Shown here: positions 8,931-17,654 of the stretch, in pieces
Layout: every line of letters starts with the position of its first letter
Numbering within the stretch: position 1 is the first letter of the stretch
DNA from: an uncultured Gammaproteobacteria bacterium
Lineage (GTDB): Bacteria; Patescibacteriota; Patescibacteriia; Veblenbacterales; UBA10138
Assembly (NCBI GenBank): GCA_964453605.1
Contig: CAYVOI010000001.1
Coordinates: 420,095-484,094, forward strand
DNA: 64,000 nucleotides
Direction of reading: 5' to 3'
Notes under the pieces: generated by a model
Seen by the model: the letters and a program-made list of their open reading frames with translations, nothing else
Told to the model about the DNA's origin: nothing
Databases searched by the model: none
Translations under genes and position numbers: made by a program

Positions 8931-9006
8931 CTGGGCGGACAAATCCCGATAGTGGTACCAAAAGGGATAAAATTCAAACTACTCTATATTAGGGTAGTTT
9001 TTATGC

Positions 9007-9035
9007 TTGACACGGTTAGCATGATAGCTTAAGAT
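9007..9035 (+). promoter_or_regulatory. Candidate sigma70-type promoter for the 9091/9290 ORFs
   Basis: TTGACA, 17-bp spacer, TAAGAT. Confidence 0.35.
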
Positions 9036-9090
9036 TGGGCTGATTAAAAACGTCGTTCCTTTCCATCAACTATTATAGAGGAGTTTAATT

Positions 9091-9264
9091 ATGGACAAAC
9101 TAGATCTCTCGGCAGAGGGTAGAAAAATTTTTGAAGATGCCCTGAACGAGGCGTACGAGGCCGGGTTTCAAAACGCCACGTTCACCATGGGTTCGGTTCA
9201 TGAACTCGCAACCTCACAGGAAGATGAGGTAAAAAAAATCGTTGATGAATTCGTCAGTATATAA
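9091..9264 (+). CDS. Small hypothetical protein (57 aa), absent from the ORF track because it is under 60 aa
   Basis: GGAG RBS 7 nt upstream of the ATG; MDKLDLSAEGRKIFEDALNEAYEAGF... Confidence 0.45.
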   Translation: MDKLDLSAEGRKIFEDALNEAYEAGFQNATFTMGSVHELATSQEDEVKKIVDEFVSI

Positions 9265-9289
9265 CCAACGTCATTTCTGGAGAAGGCTC

Positions 9290-9505
9290 ATGGATATCCC
9301 TAAGGACAAAAGTTACCCAGCTGATTCGGTGCAGTGCAACGGCTGTGGTGGGCATGGTTGCACCACCTGCAACAACAAGGGCTGGCTTACACCCAGCAAC
9401 CATCCAAAGGGCCGTAGGTGCGAACGGGAAGGTTGTGGCAACCCAATTCCACCAAGCCAGGTAGCGATCTACTGCACTAACGAGTGCGCAGCGTTGGACG
9501 CCTGA
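9290..9505 (+). CDS. Cys-rich zinc-finger/ribbon-like small protein; start placed at the internal ATG that has a strong RBS
   Basis: GGAGAAGG RBS before ATG 9290; CNGCGGHGCTTC...C..C..C cysteine clusters. Confidence 0.45.
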   Translation: MDIPKDKSYPADSVQCNGCGGHGCTTCNNKGWLTPSNHPKGRRCEREGCGNPIPPSQVAIYCTNECAALDA

Positions 9506-9639
9506 ACACAACCCTCTTCTTCTACCAAAATGGTAGGGGAAGAGGGTATTTATTTTGGCTGGTAGCTTACGCGGTAGATAGGGCCAGCTTTGTCGTCCGA
9601 AATGTAGATAGCACCGCCGGGCTCAGCACGTATAGCACA

Positions 9640-9666
9640 CAGCGGCCACCTGGGTGGTGGCCGCTG
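9640..9666. terminator. GC-rich hairpin (10-bp stem) between convergent genes
   Basis: cagcggccac-ctgggtg-gtggccgctg followed by gttgttggg. Confidence 0.45.
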
Positions 9667-9682
9667 TGAGTTGTTGGGCTAA

Positions 9683-11677
9683 CTAGTCGTCGTGCTTGCC
9701 GTTGCCCTTACCTTCTGACTTGTCGTGGTTCCCCTGGCTGTCTTGGTTACTGAGGCCCTGGGTACCAGACTTGCCATGTTCGTTATCGTTTTCACCCTGG
9801 CCCTGTCCGTTCTCTGACTTGTGCCCCTGCGGTTTAGCTGAAACCGTTAAGCCAGTGAGCGATTGCAAGCTGATGATGTTCTTGAACTTTTTACCCTTGG
9901 CGTGCCCGACTGCCCTGCCCTTAAACACCTTGAGGTTACAGTTAGCAGCGAGGTACACCGTGGTAGAGCCAGTTACCTGGTACAGGCGACCGTTGATAAG
10001 GCCGTTGGCACACACCTTACCCTGACGGTTCTCGTTCTCGCCTGAGAAGCTACCGGTTATCGCATGGCTGCCGGTGGCGTTGTTACCAGCTGCATCTTTA
10101 ATGACTGAGCCAGCCATAGTTACCGTGTCACCAACTGTTACCGTAGGCAGGGAAGTGCCGGCTGACAGGGTAATGGTGAGCATGGTGCCGCCGAGGTCCC
10201 AGGCCGCGCTGCCAATGTGTCCAGCGCCATCGAGCCAGCTGTGGCTGTTATTTAGCATGAGAGTTGAGTTGATGTTACTGTCCGTAATAGTGGGCTTGTT
10301 GGTAGCCTCACCAAAGGTGAGCACCACGCTGTCACCAGCTTCTGTAGCGTTCGTGCCGCCAGTGTTCTGGGCTACTGCGCTTGTAAGCACCGGGCCAGTA
10401 GTGTCAGTGGTAGTGAAGGTGCCGGTGATAGCGCTGCTGCCTGTGGCGCTGTTGCCACTCGCATCCTGCACCACTGAACCAGCCATAGTTACGGTGTCAC
10501 CCACAGCTACGGTAGGAACAGAGGTTGCACCGCTCAGTGTGATGGTAATGATAGTGCCAGCCGCATTCCATACCGCTGAACCAATATGGCCAGCCCCATC
10601 GAGCCAGCTGTGGCTGTTGTTCAAGGTGAAGGTAGTGTTGATGTTGCTGTCGGTAATAGCAGGCTTGTTGGTAGCCTCGTTAAACGTTACTGCTACGCTG
10701 TCGCCCGCTTCCTTGGCAATGGTACCGCCAGTGTTAGCTGCTACCGCGCTCGTGAGCACTGGGCCGGTGACATCACTGGTGAAGCTGCCGGTGATAGCCA
10801 TGCTGCCGCTAGCGCTGTTACCAGAGCCGTCGGTAATAACGCTGCCCATAACCGTTACGGTGTCGCCGGGCTCCACCGTAGGTAGGCTACCGTTGCCGCT
10901 TAGCGTGATGGTGTAAGCAGTACCAGCGGCGTTCCAGCTCGCTGACATGAGCACACCCAAGCCGTCGAGGAACGAGTGTCCGCTGGAGAGACCAAACACA
11001 CTCGGCAGGCTTCCAACTGTTATGACTGGTTTGTTGGTAGCTTCATTGAACGTCAACACCACGCTGTCACCAGCTTCCTTAGCACTGGTGCCGCCAGTGT
11101 TCATGGCTACAGCGCTCGTAAGGTGTGGGCCAGTAGTGTCGGCCGTGATCATGGCTGTGGTAACCGCCGTAGTGGTTGGAGAGTTGGCAGAGGTGACAAT
11201 GGCGTCGGTGGCGAGCTGGGCCGTGAAACCGTCAGCCGTGGCAGTGTCGCTCCAGGTTGAGCCGGTGGCCACCGTCACAAAGAACGTGGCACCAGTACCA
11301 ATGGTGTTGTTGCTGCCCGTGGTAATAGTCGTAGCTGAATCGACGTTCACCGTGCTCTGCGAACCAGCCAGCAAGTCTGAGCCGGCGTTAAAGCTGCCAT
11401 CGCCGTTGTCTTTATATACGGCGACCGAGGCGAGGTCAGAGCCTGCCAGCGTACTGCCGCTCACCTTGGTGAGGGTGACGTTGACACTAGAGAGCGTTTC
11501 ACCAGCGTCTTGTCCCAAAGAAAACTTAAACAGCGCCAGAGGAGCACTTGAGGCGGGTGCGACCTGTGGCGAGGTAACCAGGGAAACTGGTCCGGTGGTA
11601 ACCGTGACCGTGGCGTTGGCTACTGGCACAAACAGCGCCAGCTGCAACAGCGCCACCAGAGATGAAAATTTCTTCAT
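9683..11677 (-). CDS. Secreted or cell-surface protein with three tandem ~120-aa repeat domains and a Gly/Gln/Lys/His-rich C-terminal tail
   Basis: Signal peptide MKKFSSLVALLQLALFVPVANA; three repeats beginning TGPVLTSAVA.NTGGT...; the reverse-strand ORFs the track lists inside it are artefacts. Confidence 0.7.
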   Translation of the reverse strand: MKKFSSLVALLQLALFVPVANATVTVTTGPVSLVTSPQVAPASSAPLALFKFSLGQDAGETLSSVNVTLTKVSGSTLAGSDLASVAVYKDNGDGSFNAGSDLLAGSQSTVNVDSATTITTGSNNTIGTGATFFVTVATGSTWSDTATADGFTAQLATDAIVTSANSPTTTAVTTAMITADTTGPHLTSAVAMNTGGTSAKEAGDSVVLTFNEATNKPVITVGSLPSVFGLSSGHSFLDGLGVLMSASWNAAGTAYTITLSGNGSLPTVEPGDTVTVMGSVITDGSGNSASGSMAITGSFTSDVTGPVLTSAVAANTGGTIAKEAGDSVAVTFNEATNKPAITDSNINTTFTLNNSHSWLDGAGHIGSAVWNAAGTIITITLSGATSVPTVAVGDTVTMAGSVVQDASGNSATGSSAITGTFTTTDTTGPVLTSAVAQNTGGTNATEAGDSVVLTFGEATNKPTITDSNINSTLMLNNSHSWLDGAGHIGSAAWDLGGTMLTITLSAGTSLPTVTVGDTVTMAGSVIKDAAGNNATGSHAITGSFSGENENRQGKVCANGLINGRLYQVTGSTTVYLAANCNLKVFKGRAVGHAKGKKFKNIISLQSLTGLTVSAKPQGHKSENGQGQGENDNEHGKSGTQGLSNQDSQGNHDKSEGKGNGKHDD
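10034..11122 (-). repeat. Three tandem ~360-bp coding repeats inside the surface protein gene
   Basis: The protein-level repeats at aa 186-305, 306-427 and 428-548 map to these coordinates. Confidence 0.7.
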
Positions 11678-11821
11678 ACAAGCATGGGTTAATAGTTATA
11701 CTTAGATATACCCAGGCGTACCCGGGTACACACCTAATATATACGTATAATTTTAGGGTTTGTTTCGCTGTTACCTAAGAAAACCCCTCGTAATTTTACG
11801 CAGGTTTTCTTAGGTTTGGTG

Positions 11822-13303
11822 TTACTTTTTAATGGCTGGAGGTGCAGGTAGTTTACCTATTAGCTCGCGCACTGCTGCCACAAAATCCGGGAAGTTGTAG
11901 TAGCTCAAGAGCTCGCTTGGCCAGTTCTTGTCCGTGAGCTTAACCTGCGGCTCGACACCGCGGCCTTCGATAGCTTGGCCGTCGTTCCTGACGGTCACGC
12001 TGTGCACCAAGAGCATGGAGTAGGTTTGTGTAGGGTCAATAACTGTTTGGAGAGGTACCACGCTTTCCACCGTACCCCAGCCTTTTGATTTCGTACCAAC
12101 CAGCACGCCAATGTGGTACTTCTTTAACGTATCAGCAATAACCTCGGCTGAGGACTGCGTGTTCTCATCGATTAACACCACTACCTGTTTGAACCGACTG
12201 AGGCTCGGGAGCCAGGCAACTTTGGTTTTGTACGGTGTGGTGTCACCCTGGTGGTAGAATTCGTAGGCGTAGGCGTCGGGACCTAAGAAGAGCCCGAGGA
12301 AGTAGGGGAGTATGTCGATATCACCGCCGATGTTGCCGCGGATATCTAGTACCAGGTACGTAAGCTCCGCGTGTTTAGCAAAACTGTCTGCTACCTGTGC
12401 TAGCTCTTGCACGGTAGGTGGGGAGATGCGCGTGATTTTGAGAGCAAGCGTTTTTCTCTGTACGATGTGCCCTGTCACCGTTGGCTCCACGCCGCTCTTG
12501 TCGTACTGCGTTCTAGCTTGAGCAGTACCCACCGCGCTGTAGGCACGCCCTACCTGGGCCAACTTGTCGGCGGCATCAGTAGCCTTGCTCTGTTTTAGCT
12601 CGCTTGATCTCTGCTCAAACGCTTTAGTGATTTCAGCCGAGGTAGCAGTTTTACTCACGCCTAAGGTGTGGTAGAGGTCGGTGGTAGGGTCAGTGTTGTT
12701 GACCTCGTTCTGGAGCGCTTGCTCGTTCTTGGTGCTGTAGAGGCGGCTCCGGCTGAACGGGTTTAGGTTGGCCAGCACAACGTCGCCTAAGCTTACCGCC
12801 AGAGTTTTTTGTTCAGCCTCACTCATAGGCTGCATGGTTTTGGTGAGCAATGCCTCAAGCCCAACCCTTGTTGGTGGGTTGAGTTCCACCGTACTATTCG
12901 TAAGTTTTGCCAAGCCCCGCTGGTAGATACCGCCTAAGGTGGCTTCATCTATTTTGTCCCAGTAGCGCTGTTTAACCTGGTCAAAAATTTCTAGCAAGAA
13001 ATCAACTCGGCTGTTGCCGGTCGCAGCTGGCGTAGTCGGTTGTGCCGTAGCCGGTTTAGTAGGTTGCTCGTGCGGGAGGTAGTAGGCAGCCGCGGCACCA
13101 CCGGCTAATAGGACCCCGAGGACGATTACGTACCTCAGGCGCCACCGTTTTTTGGGTTCAACTGGAGTCGACCAGAGCACGTGCGGTGGTGTATGTGTAG
13201 CTTCACGCGACGGGGCAGTTGTTTTTCCTGGGTTCAAGAAGTTTGGGCTGTGGCCATTTGTGTATTCCATGGTAGGTATATAGTATAGCATTTCTGCTGC
13301 CAC
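11822..13303 (-). CDS. S41-family (C-terminal processing) peptidase, membrane-anchored, with a J-domain-like segment lacking HPD
   Basis: VVLIDENTQSSAEVIADTLKKYHIGVLVGTKSKGWGT matches the S41 catalytic region; N-terminal TM helix; DLYHTLGVSKTATSAEITKAF...YDKSG is J-like but has no HPD. Confidence 0.7.
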   Translation of the reverse strand: MAAEMLYYIPTMEYTNGHSPNFLNPGKTTAPSREATHTPPHVLWSTPVEPKKRWRLRYVIVLGVLLAGGAAAAYYLPHEQPTKPATAQPTTPAATGNSRVDFLLEIFDQVKQRYWDKIDEATLGGIYQRGLAKLTNSTVELNPPTRVGLEALLTKTMQPMSEAEQKTLAVSLGDVVLANLNPFSRSRLYSTKNEQALQNEVNNTDPTTDLYHTLGVSKTATSAEITKAFEQRSSELKQSKATDAADKLAQVGRAYSAVGTAQARTQYDKSGVEPTVTGHIVQRKTLALKITRISPPTVQELAQVADSFAKHAELTYLVLDIRGNIGGDIDILPYFLGLFLGPDAYAYEFYHQGDTTPYKTKVAWLPSLSRFKQVVVLIDENTQSSAEVIADTLKKYHIGVLVGTKSKGWGTVESVVPLQTVIDPTQTYSMLLVHSVTVRNDGQAIEGRGVEPQVKLTDKNWPSELLSYYNFPDFVAAVRELIGKLPAPPAIKK

Positions 13304-13359
13304 GTCCTGCGTACGTTTTCTGCTAGAAGCCTCAAGGGGCCCTGTGCTAGAATGTATCT

Positions 13360-13803
13360 ATGAATAAATATCTTGGTTTATGGCTCGGTGGATTGTTCGT
13401 CATAGCCGTGGTAGCAGGAGTAGTGTGGTACACTTTGCCGCGTACCGTGGTAGCACCACCTGTATCTACCAACCAGCCACCACCAAGTGAGGTGCAGGTG
13501 TTTGAGCCTACGGCTAACGCCGTAGTTGTGAGCCCGCTGGCGGTTTACGGCCGCGCGCCCGGAAATTGGTTCTTTGAAGCGTCGCTCCCGGTGGTCCTGA
13601 CTGACGAAACCGGTAAGGAGCTCGCGCACCAGCCAGCTCAGGCCCAGAGCGACTGGATGGTGACCACACCAGTTGAGTTTCGCACCAGCTTGACCTTTAC
13701 ACCGCCTGCCAGTGGCACCGGGTACCTGGTAGTGAAGAACGACAACCCATCAGGTTTGCCACAGCTTGATAAGAGCTACCAGGTTAAGGTTCGCTTCAAA
13801 TGA
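13360..13803 (+). CDS. Hypothetical membrane-anchored protein
   Basis: N-terminal TM helix; 147 aa; no motif. Confidence 0.5.
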   Translation: MNKYLGLWLGGLFVIAVVAGVVWYTLPRTVVAPPVSTNQPPPSEVQVFEPTANAVVVSPLAVYGRAPGNWFFEASLPVVLTDETGKELAHQPAQAQSDWMVTTPVEFRTSLTFTPPASGTGYLVVKNDNPSGLPQLDKSYQVKVRFK

Positions 13804-14936
13804 TACACTTTAAAGTTCTGAAGCAGTCGCGCCGGAGCCGCGCGCGACTGGGGCTTTTAGAAACTCCGCACGGTGTAGTGGAGACACCGTGCTTGGTGCC
13901 GGTGGCTACCCAGGCGGTGGTTAAGACCTTAACTTCCGAGCAAGTAGCAGCGACCGGAGCCAAGCTCCTCATTGCTAACACCTTTCACCTGCACCTTCGC
14001 CCAGGTGAGCGGGTAGTGAAAGCTGCCGGAGGCTTACACACGTTTGCTAACTGGCCGCACTCGTTCATGACCGACTCTGGGGGCTTTCAGGTGTTCTCCC
14101 TCGGGTTCGGGCGCGATTTCAACCACAGCAAAATAACCCGGGAACCTGCTCGCCCAAGCATACGGCACGGGCAGCAACCCAAGCTCATAAAGATTACTGA
14201 GCGTGGGGTGTGGTTTACCTCACCAATCGACGGGCGTAAGTTGTTCCTAGGGCCTAAGGAATCCATTCGTATCCAAGAAGCCTTGGGCGCTGACATCATA
14301 TTTGCTTTTGACGAATGCACTTCACCACTCGCCAACCAAACCTACACCGCCAACTCGCTCACACGTACGCACACCTGGGCTAAGGAGTGTTTAAGGCTTA
14401 AGCGGACCCGCCAAGCGCTCTACGGCATTGTACAGGGCGGGAAGTTTAAGTCGCTCCGCATTGAGAGTGCGCGGACTTTAGGCTCGCTGCCCTTTGACGG
14501 CTACGGCATTGGTGGTGAATTTGGTAGCGATAAAAAAATTATGGCGAACATGATAGGCTGGGTCAACGCCGAACTGCCTCCGGAGAGACCTCGGCACCTT
14601 CTCGGAATTGGTTTTCCTGAAGATATTGCACCTATTATCAAAGCCGGGGTGGATACGTTTGACTGCATTGTGCCCACCAACCAAGCGCGCCATGGTATGG
14701 CTTTCACCAGCACCGGCAAACTTGACTTGGCACAAACCCGGTACCTTACAGACAAAGCGCCGCTCGACCGTACCTGCACCTGCTTAACCTGCCAGGGGTA
14801 CGAGCGCAGGTACATTGCGCACCTGGTTCGCGCGCACGAGGTTACTGCCATGTCGCTCCTCACCCAGCACAACCTCACCTGGTTTACCACCTACGTGAGA
14901 GAGCTGCGCCAGAAGATTAAACAAGGAAAACTGTGA
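13800..14936 (+). CDS. tgt: Queuine tRNA-ribosyltransferase (tRNA-guanine transglycosylase)
   Basis: LLETPHGVVETP, LIANTFHLHLRPG and the zinc site CTCLTCQGYERRYIAHL. Confidence 0.9.
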   Translation: MIHFKVLKQSRRSRARLGLLETPHGVVETPCLVPVATQAVVKTLTSEQVAATGAKLLIANTFHLHLRPGERVVKAAGGLHTFANWPHSFMTDSGGFQVFSLGFGRDFNHSKITREPARPSIRHGQQPKLIKITERGVWFTSPIDGRKLFLGPKESIRIQEALGADIIFAFDECTSPLANQTYTANSLTRTHTWAKECLRLKRTRQALYGIVQGGKFKSLRIESARTLGSLPFDGYGIGGEFGSDKKIMANMIGWVNAELPPERPRHLLGIGFPEDIAPIIKAGVDTFDCIVPTNQARHGMAFTSTGKLDLAQTRYLTDKAPLDRTCTCLTCQGYERRYIAHLVRAHEVTAMSLLTQHNLTWFTTYVRELRQKIKQGKL

Positions 14937-15973
14937 GCCGTACGTTCAAGCACCTACTTGCCAGCTACGACTATCCGGTAAACCCGAAGCTCATTGCCCA
15001 GGTGCCACCTCGCCCACGGGACAGCGCTCGGCTTTTGGTATACAACCGTGCCAGTGGCCAGGTGCACCACGACCGCTTTACCAATCTCCATAAGTACCTG
15101 CCACCGCGGGCGGTGCTCGTCTTTAACCAGACCAAGGTACTACCAGCGAGACTTGCCGTGCAGAAACCAAGTGGCGGCCAGGTTAAGCTGCTCTACCTGG
15201 GCAGCCGCGGCAAACAGGTCGAGGTACTAGCTGAGAAAAGGCTAGAGCAGGGGAGTGAGCTGACTTTGCAAGGTCGTTACCATTTTACCGTTACCCGCGT
15301 AGCTGGTAATCACTACTGGTTGAAACCGAAATTCGCTTCGCCGGCATTTTTAAGTTTGTTAGCTCGTTACGGCGAAACACCACTCCCGCCGTACCTCAAG
15401 CACTCGCCCCTGAGCGAAGCCCGCCGCAGGGCAGAGTACCAAACCATATTCGCCAAGCAGTCTGGTTCAGTGGCCGCACCAACGGCAGCCCTTCACTTCA
15501 CCAAACGTTTACTCCAAAAACTCAAGGCCGGGGGTTTTGGTGTAGAATTTGTGACGCTTCATGTTTCTCTTGGTACCTTTGCGCCGCTCACGGAAAGCCA
15601 GGTACGCAGGGGCAAGCTTCACGCTGAGTACTATGAGGTAAGCCAGAGTACAGCACGGGCACTTACACAAGCCAAAGCACAAGGCAGGCCGATTATCGCC
15701 GTGGGTACCACTGTTGTGCGTACCTTAGAGTCCGCTGCTACACCACAGGGTCACCTTACCAAGCGTACCGGAGCAACACAGTTGTTCATCAGCCCCGGCT
15801 ACCGTTTTAAGTTTATCAGCGGGCTCATTACCAACTTCCACGTGCCGCGTTCAAGCCTCCTCATGTTGGTAGCAGCACTTACCACCCGCCTCAAGCTCTT
15901 AAAGCTCTACGCCCTGGCCCAACGCCACAAGTACAGACTATTTTCATTTGGCGATGGCATGCTTATTACCTAA
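14933..15973 (+). CDS. queA: S-adenosylmethionine:tRNA ribosyltransferase-isomerase
   Basis: LASYDYPVNPKLIAQVPPRPRDSARLLVY is the QueA N-terminal signature; overlaps the tgt stop. Confidence 0.85.
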   Translation: MSRTFKHLLASYDYPVNPKLIAQVPPRPRDSARLLVYNRASGQVHHDRFTNLHKYLPPRAVLVFNQTKVLPARLAVQKPSGGQVKLLYLGSRGKQVEVLAEKRLEQGSELTLQGRYHFTVTRVAGNHYWLKPKFASPAFLSLLARYGETPLPPYLKHSPLSEARRRAEYQTIFAKQSGSVAAPTAALHFTKRLLQKLKAGGFGVEFVTLHVSLGTFAPLTESQVRRGKLHAEYYEVSQSTARALTQAKAQGRPIIAVGTTVVRTLESAATPQGHLTKRTGATQLFISPGYRFKFISGLITNFHVPRSSLLMLVAALTTRLKLLKLYALAQRHKYRLFSFGDGMLIT

Positions 15974-15978
15974 GCTTT

Positions 15979-16248
15979 ATGCGTAAACACCTCAACATCA
16001 GGGTCTACGGTGTAGTGCAGGGTACAGGCTACCGTGCTAGTGCACGAGAGCGTGCACGACACTTAAAGCTTACAGGTTTTGTGCGCAACGAGCCTGATGG
16101 TTCAGTCTACCTTGAGGTCGAGGGGAGCGAGGCGGACCTGGCCAAGTTTCAAAAGTGGTGTAGCAAGGGCCCATGGTTTGCGCGGGTGACGAAGTTGGAG
16201 GCAGAGCCTGGTGAACTTCAGCACTACGTAGGGTTTACCGTAGCCTAG
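15979..16248 (+). CDS. acyP: Acylphosphatase
   Basis: VYGVVQGTGYRASARERARHLKLTGFVRNEPDGSV, 89 aa. Confidence 0.85.
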   Translation: MRKHLNIRVYGVVQGTGYRASARERARHLKLTGFVRNEPDGSVYLEVEGSEADLAKFQKWCSKGPWFARVTKLEAEPGELQHYVGFTVA

Positions 16249-16330
16249 GGGTTCACTGCAGGTTCATATCATAGGTGGAACATTCTGTTAGCCTAAGCGT
16301 TATAGTTTAGGCGAAGGGAGGTGAACACCT

Positions 16331-16468
16331 ATGCATGCATCAACAAGAATGAACTTGGCGGTGGCAGTTGTAGCGGTGGGGTTGGTTTTGGCGGGCACTG
16401 TGTTCGCAGCCAATCCGTCGGGAACGGGCCAGCCAAGCCAAGCGTGTGGTGCGGAAGGGCCACTATGA
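16331..16468 (+). CDS. Small signal-peptide ORF (45 aa), overlapped ATGA-style by a second 50-aa ORF (16465..16617); may be one frameshifted gene
   Basis: Strong RBS GGAGGTG before the ATG; MHASTRMNLAVAVVAVGLVLAGTVFA|AN resembles a Sec signal with AXA cleavage. Confidence 0.35.
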   Translation: MHASTRMNLAVAVVAVGLVLAGTVFAANPSGTGQPSQACGAEGPL

Positions 16469-16681
16469 GCCCACCAGGTTTTAGTACTGATGGTTTTGCC
16501 AATGCTGAAACACATTACGCGGGGAGCGGCGGTACGGCTTCCGCACAACATGCCCACAGCACTCACGCTGTGTCACAGTACGACGTAGCCTGTTTCCAGT
16601 ACACCTCGAACCACTAGTACTGGTGAGGCAAGTTAAACAAACAAGCACCGCCGAAACAGCGGTGCTTGTTGCTAGTACGTT

Positions 16682-17290
16682 CTAGTGGAGTATGTAGTTA
16701 AGCTTAGTTTGCCAGCTGCTTACCGCTGGTCCGCTGCAGCTTTCAGGGTCCGGTGTGGTGTTGGCTTTTTCAGCTGAGCTGCTGATACTCTTGGCTTGGG
16801 TTTGGAGCTTAGCTTTATCACTAGTCCCGTAACTTACGAGTAGCTTATCTAAGCTTTTGATAACAACACCGGCCGGGTTATCCATTGTCTGACCGTTCAA
16901 GATGTAGGTGAGTTTGTGGTTTGCGTCGCTCAGGTAGAGTTTGCTGCGGGTTTGTAGGTAGTTCGGGCCAATGCCCCAGCCCAGGTTTTGGAAAAACTCC
17001 CCCCAAGTTACAGCTGGCGCCTCCACGTGGATCAGGTCATTCACCTTATCGTGCATATGGGCGCGAGCCAAAGGGGTGTTAGCTTTGTCAGCACTACAAC
17101 CAGCCTCTTCTTCGTAGTAGGTGTCAGCGGCAAAAGGCTCACGGTTGCCGTTGATGTAGACCGCGAAGTTAGCGTGGTAGTGCACGGCCGTACTGTGGTA
17201 GGCAGCCAGTCGCCAGGCGGCCAGTGCACCAGCGCCAACGAGCGCGCCAAGTATAAGTAGGGATAGTGTTTTCATGACCTTAGTATACAC
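16682..17290 (-). CDS. Hypothetical secreted protein
   Basis: Signal peptide MYTKVMKTLSLLILGALVGAGALA; 202 aa. Confidence 0.55.
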   Translation of the reverse strand: MYTKVMKTLSLLILGALVGAGALAAWRLAAYHSTAVHYHANFAVYINGNREPFAADTYYEEEAGCSADKANTPLARAHMHDKVNDLIHVEAPAVTWGEFFQNLGWGIGPNYLQTRSKLYLSDANHKLTYILNGQTMDNPAGVVIKSLDKLLVSYGTSDKAKLQTQAKSISSSAEKANTTPDPESCSGPAVSSWQTKLNYILH

Positions 17291-17321
17291 GATTCAGCTT
17301 GTGGGGGATAGGCTGGTCCCA

Positions 17322-17350
17322 TTGACACTTTGCTGTGCTAGTGTTAGTAT
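17322..17350 (+). promoter_or_regulatory. Sigma70-type promoter for the AbrB-like regulator/efflux operon
   Basis: TTGACA, 17-bp spacer, TAGTAT. Confidence 0.45.
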
Positions 17351-17385
17351 AGGTATGTAATTTCATACTTTTCATATTCTATACT

Positions 17386-17634
17386 ATGCCAAAACCTAAA
17401 CCTACTCGCAATCAGGCCCGGGCCTTGGGGGAACTTCCCATTACCATGGGTACGGCCACAGTTGGAAGCCGCGGACAAGTGGTTATTCCCGCTGACGTTA
17501 GGGAGCAAGTCGGGCTGCGACCAGGGGATAAGCTGGTTGTGTTTAGCCCTCGGCCGGGCTTGCTCTCGATGGTCCGGGCCAGCGCCTTTCGTAGTTTTTT
17601 AACGCAGATTGGAAAACACTTAACTAGAACTTAG
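17386..17634 (+). CDS. AbrB/MazE/SpoVT-family DNA-binding protein
   Basis: TVGSRGQVVIPADVREQVGLRPGDKLVV matches the SpoVT/AbrB swapped-hairpin motif. Confidence 0.65.
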   Translation: MPKPKPTRNQARALGELPITMGTATVGSRGQVVIPADVREQVGLRPGDKLVVFSPRPGLLSMVRASAFRSFLTQIGKHLTRT

Positions 17635-17654
17635 CTCTAAGCCTGCAAATCAGT

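Larger units (their letters stand above)
3125..9680. mobile_element. Putative integrated element or genomic island at the tRNA-Glu 3' end (right boundary approximate)
   Basis: Large serine recombinase gene overlaps the tRNA 3' end by 41 nt; an excisionase-like HTH protein is adjacent; GC falls to about 35-48% across 4.7-9.5 kb against about 58% in the flanks; cargo consists of unknown or nuclease-like proteins; host-like GC resumes at the 9683-11677 gene. Confidence 0.5.

Noticed and set aside
8905-8965. Possible degenerate attR copy of the tRNA-Glu 3' end (ggacaaatcccgatagtggtacca against ggttcgaatccccatgaggctacca)
   Set aside because: Only partial similarity (aatccc and tacca blocks). Serine integrases do not leave long direct repeats, so the match may be chance. 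It is kept only as a weak boundary candidate.
10074-11705. Long plus-strand ORFs (10074..10916, 10947..11705 and others) inside the surface protein gene
   Set aside because: These are shadow ORFs of the GC-rich repetitive minus-strand gene. They have no signal or RBS, and the minus-strand frame has a coherent signal peptide and repeats.
16321-16617. 98-aa Gly-rich ORF as a single gene
   Set aside because: Its first half has an odd composition, and the alternative frame encodes a clean signal peptide with a strong RBS. It is reinterpreted as two coupled ORFs or a frameshifted gene.
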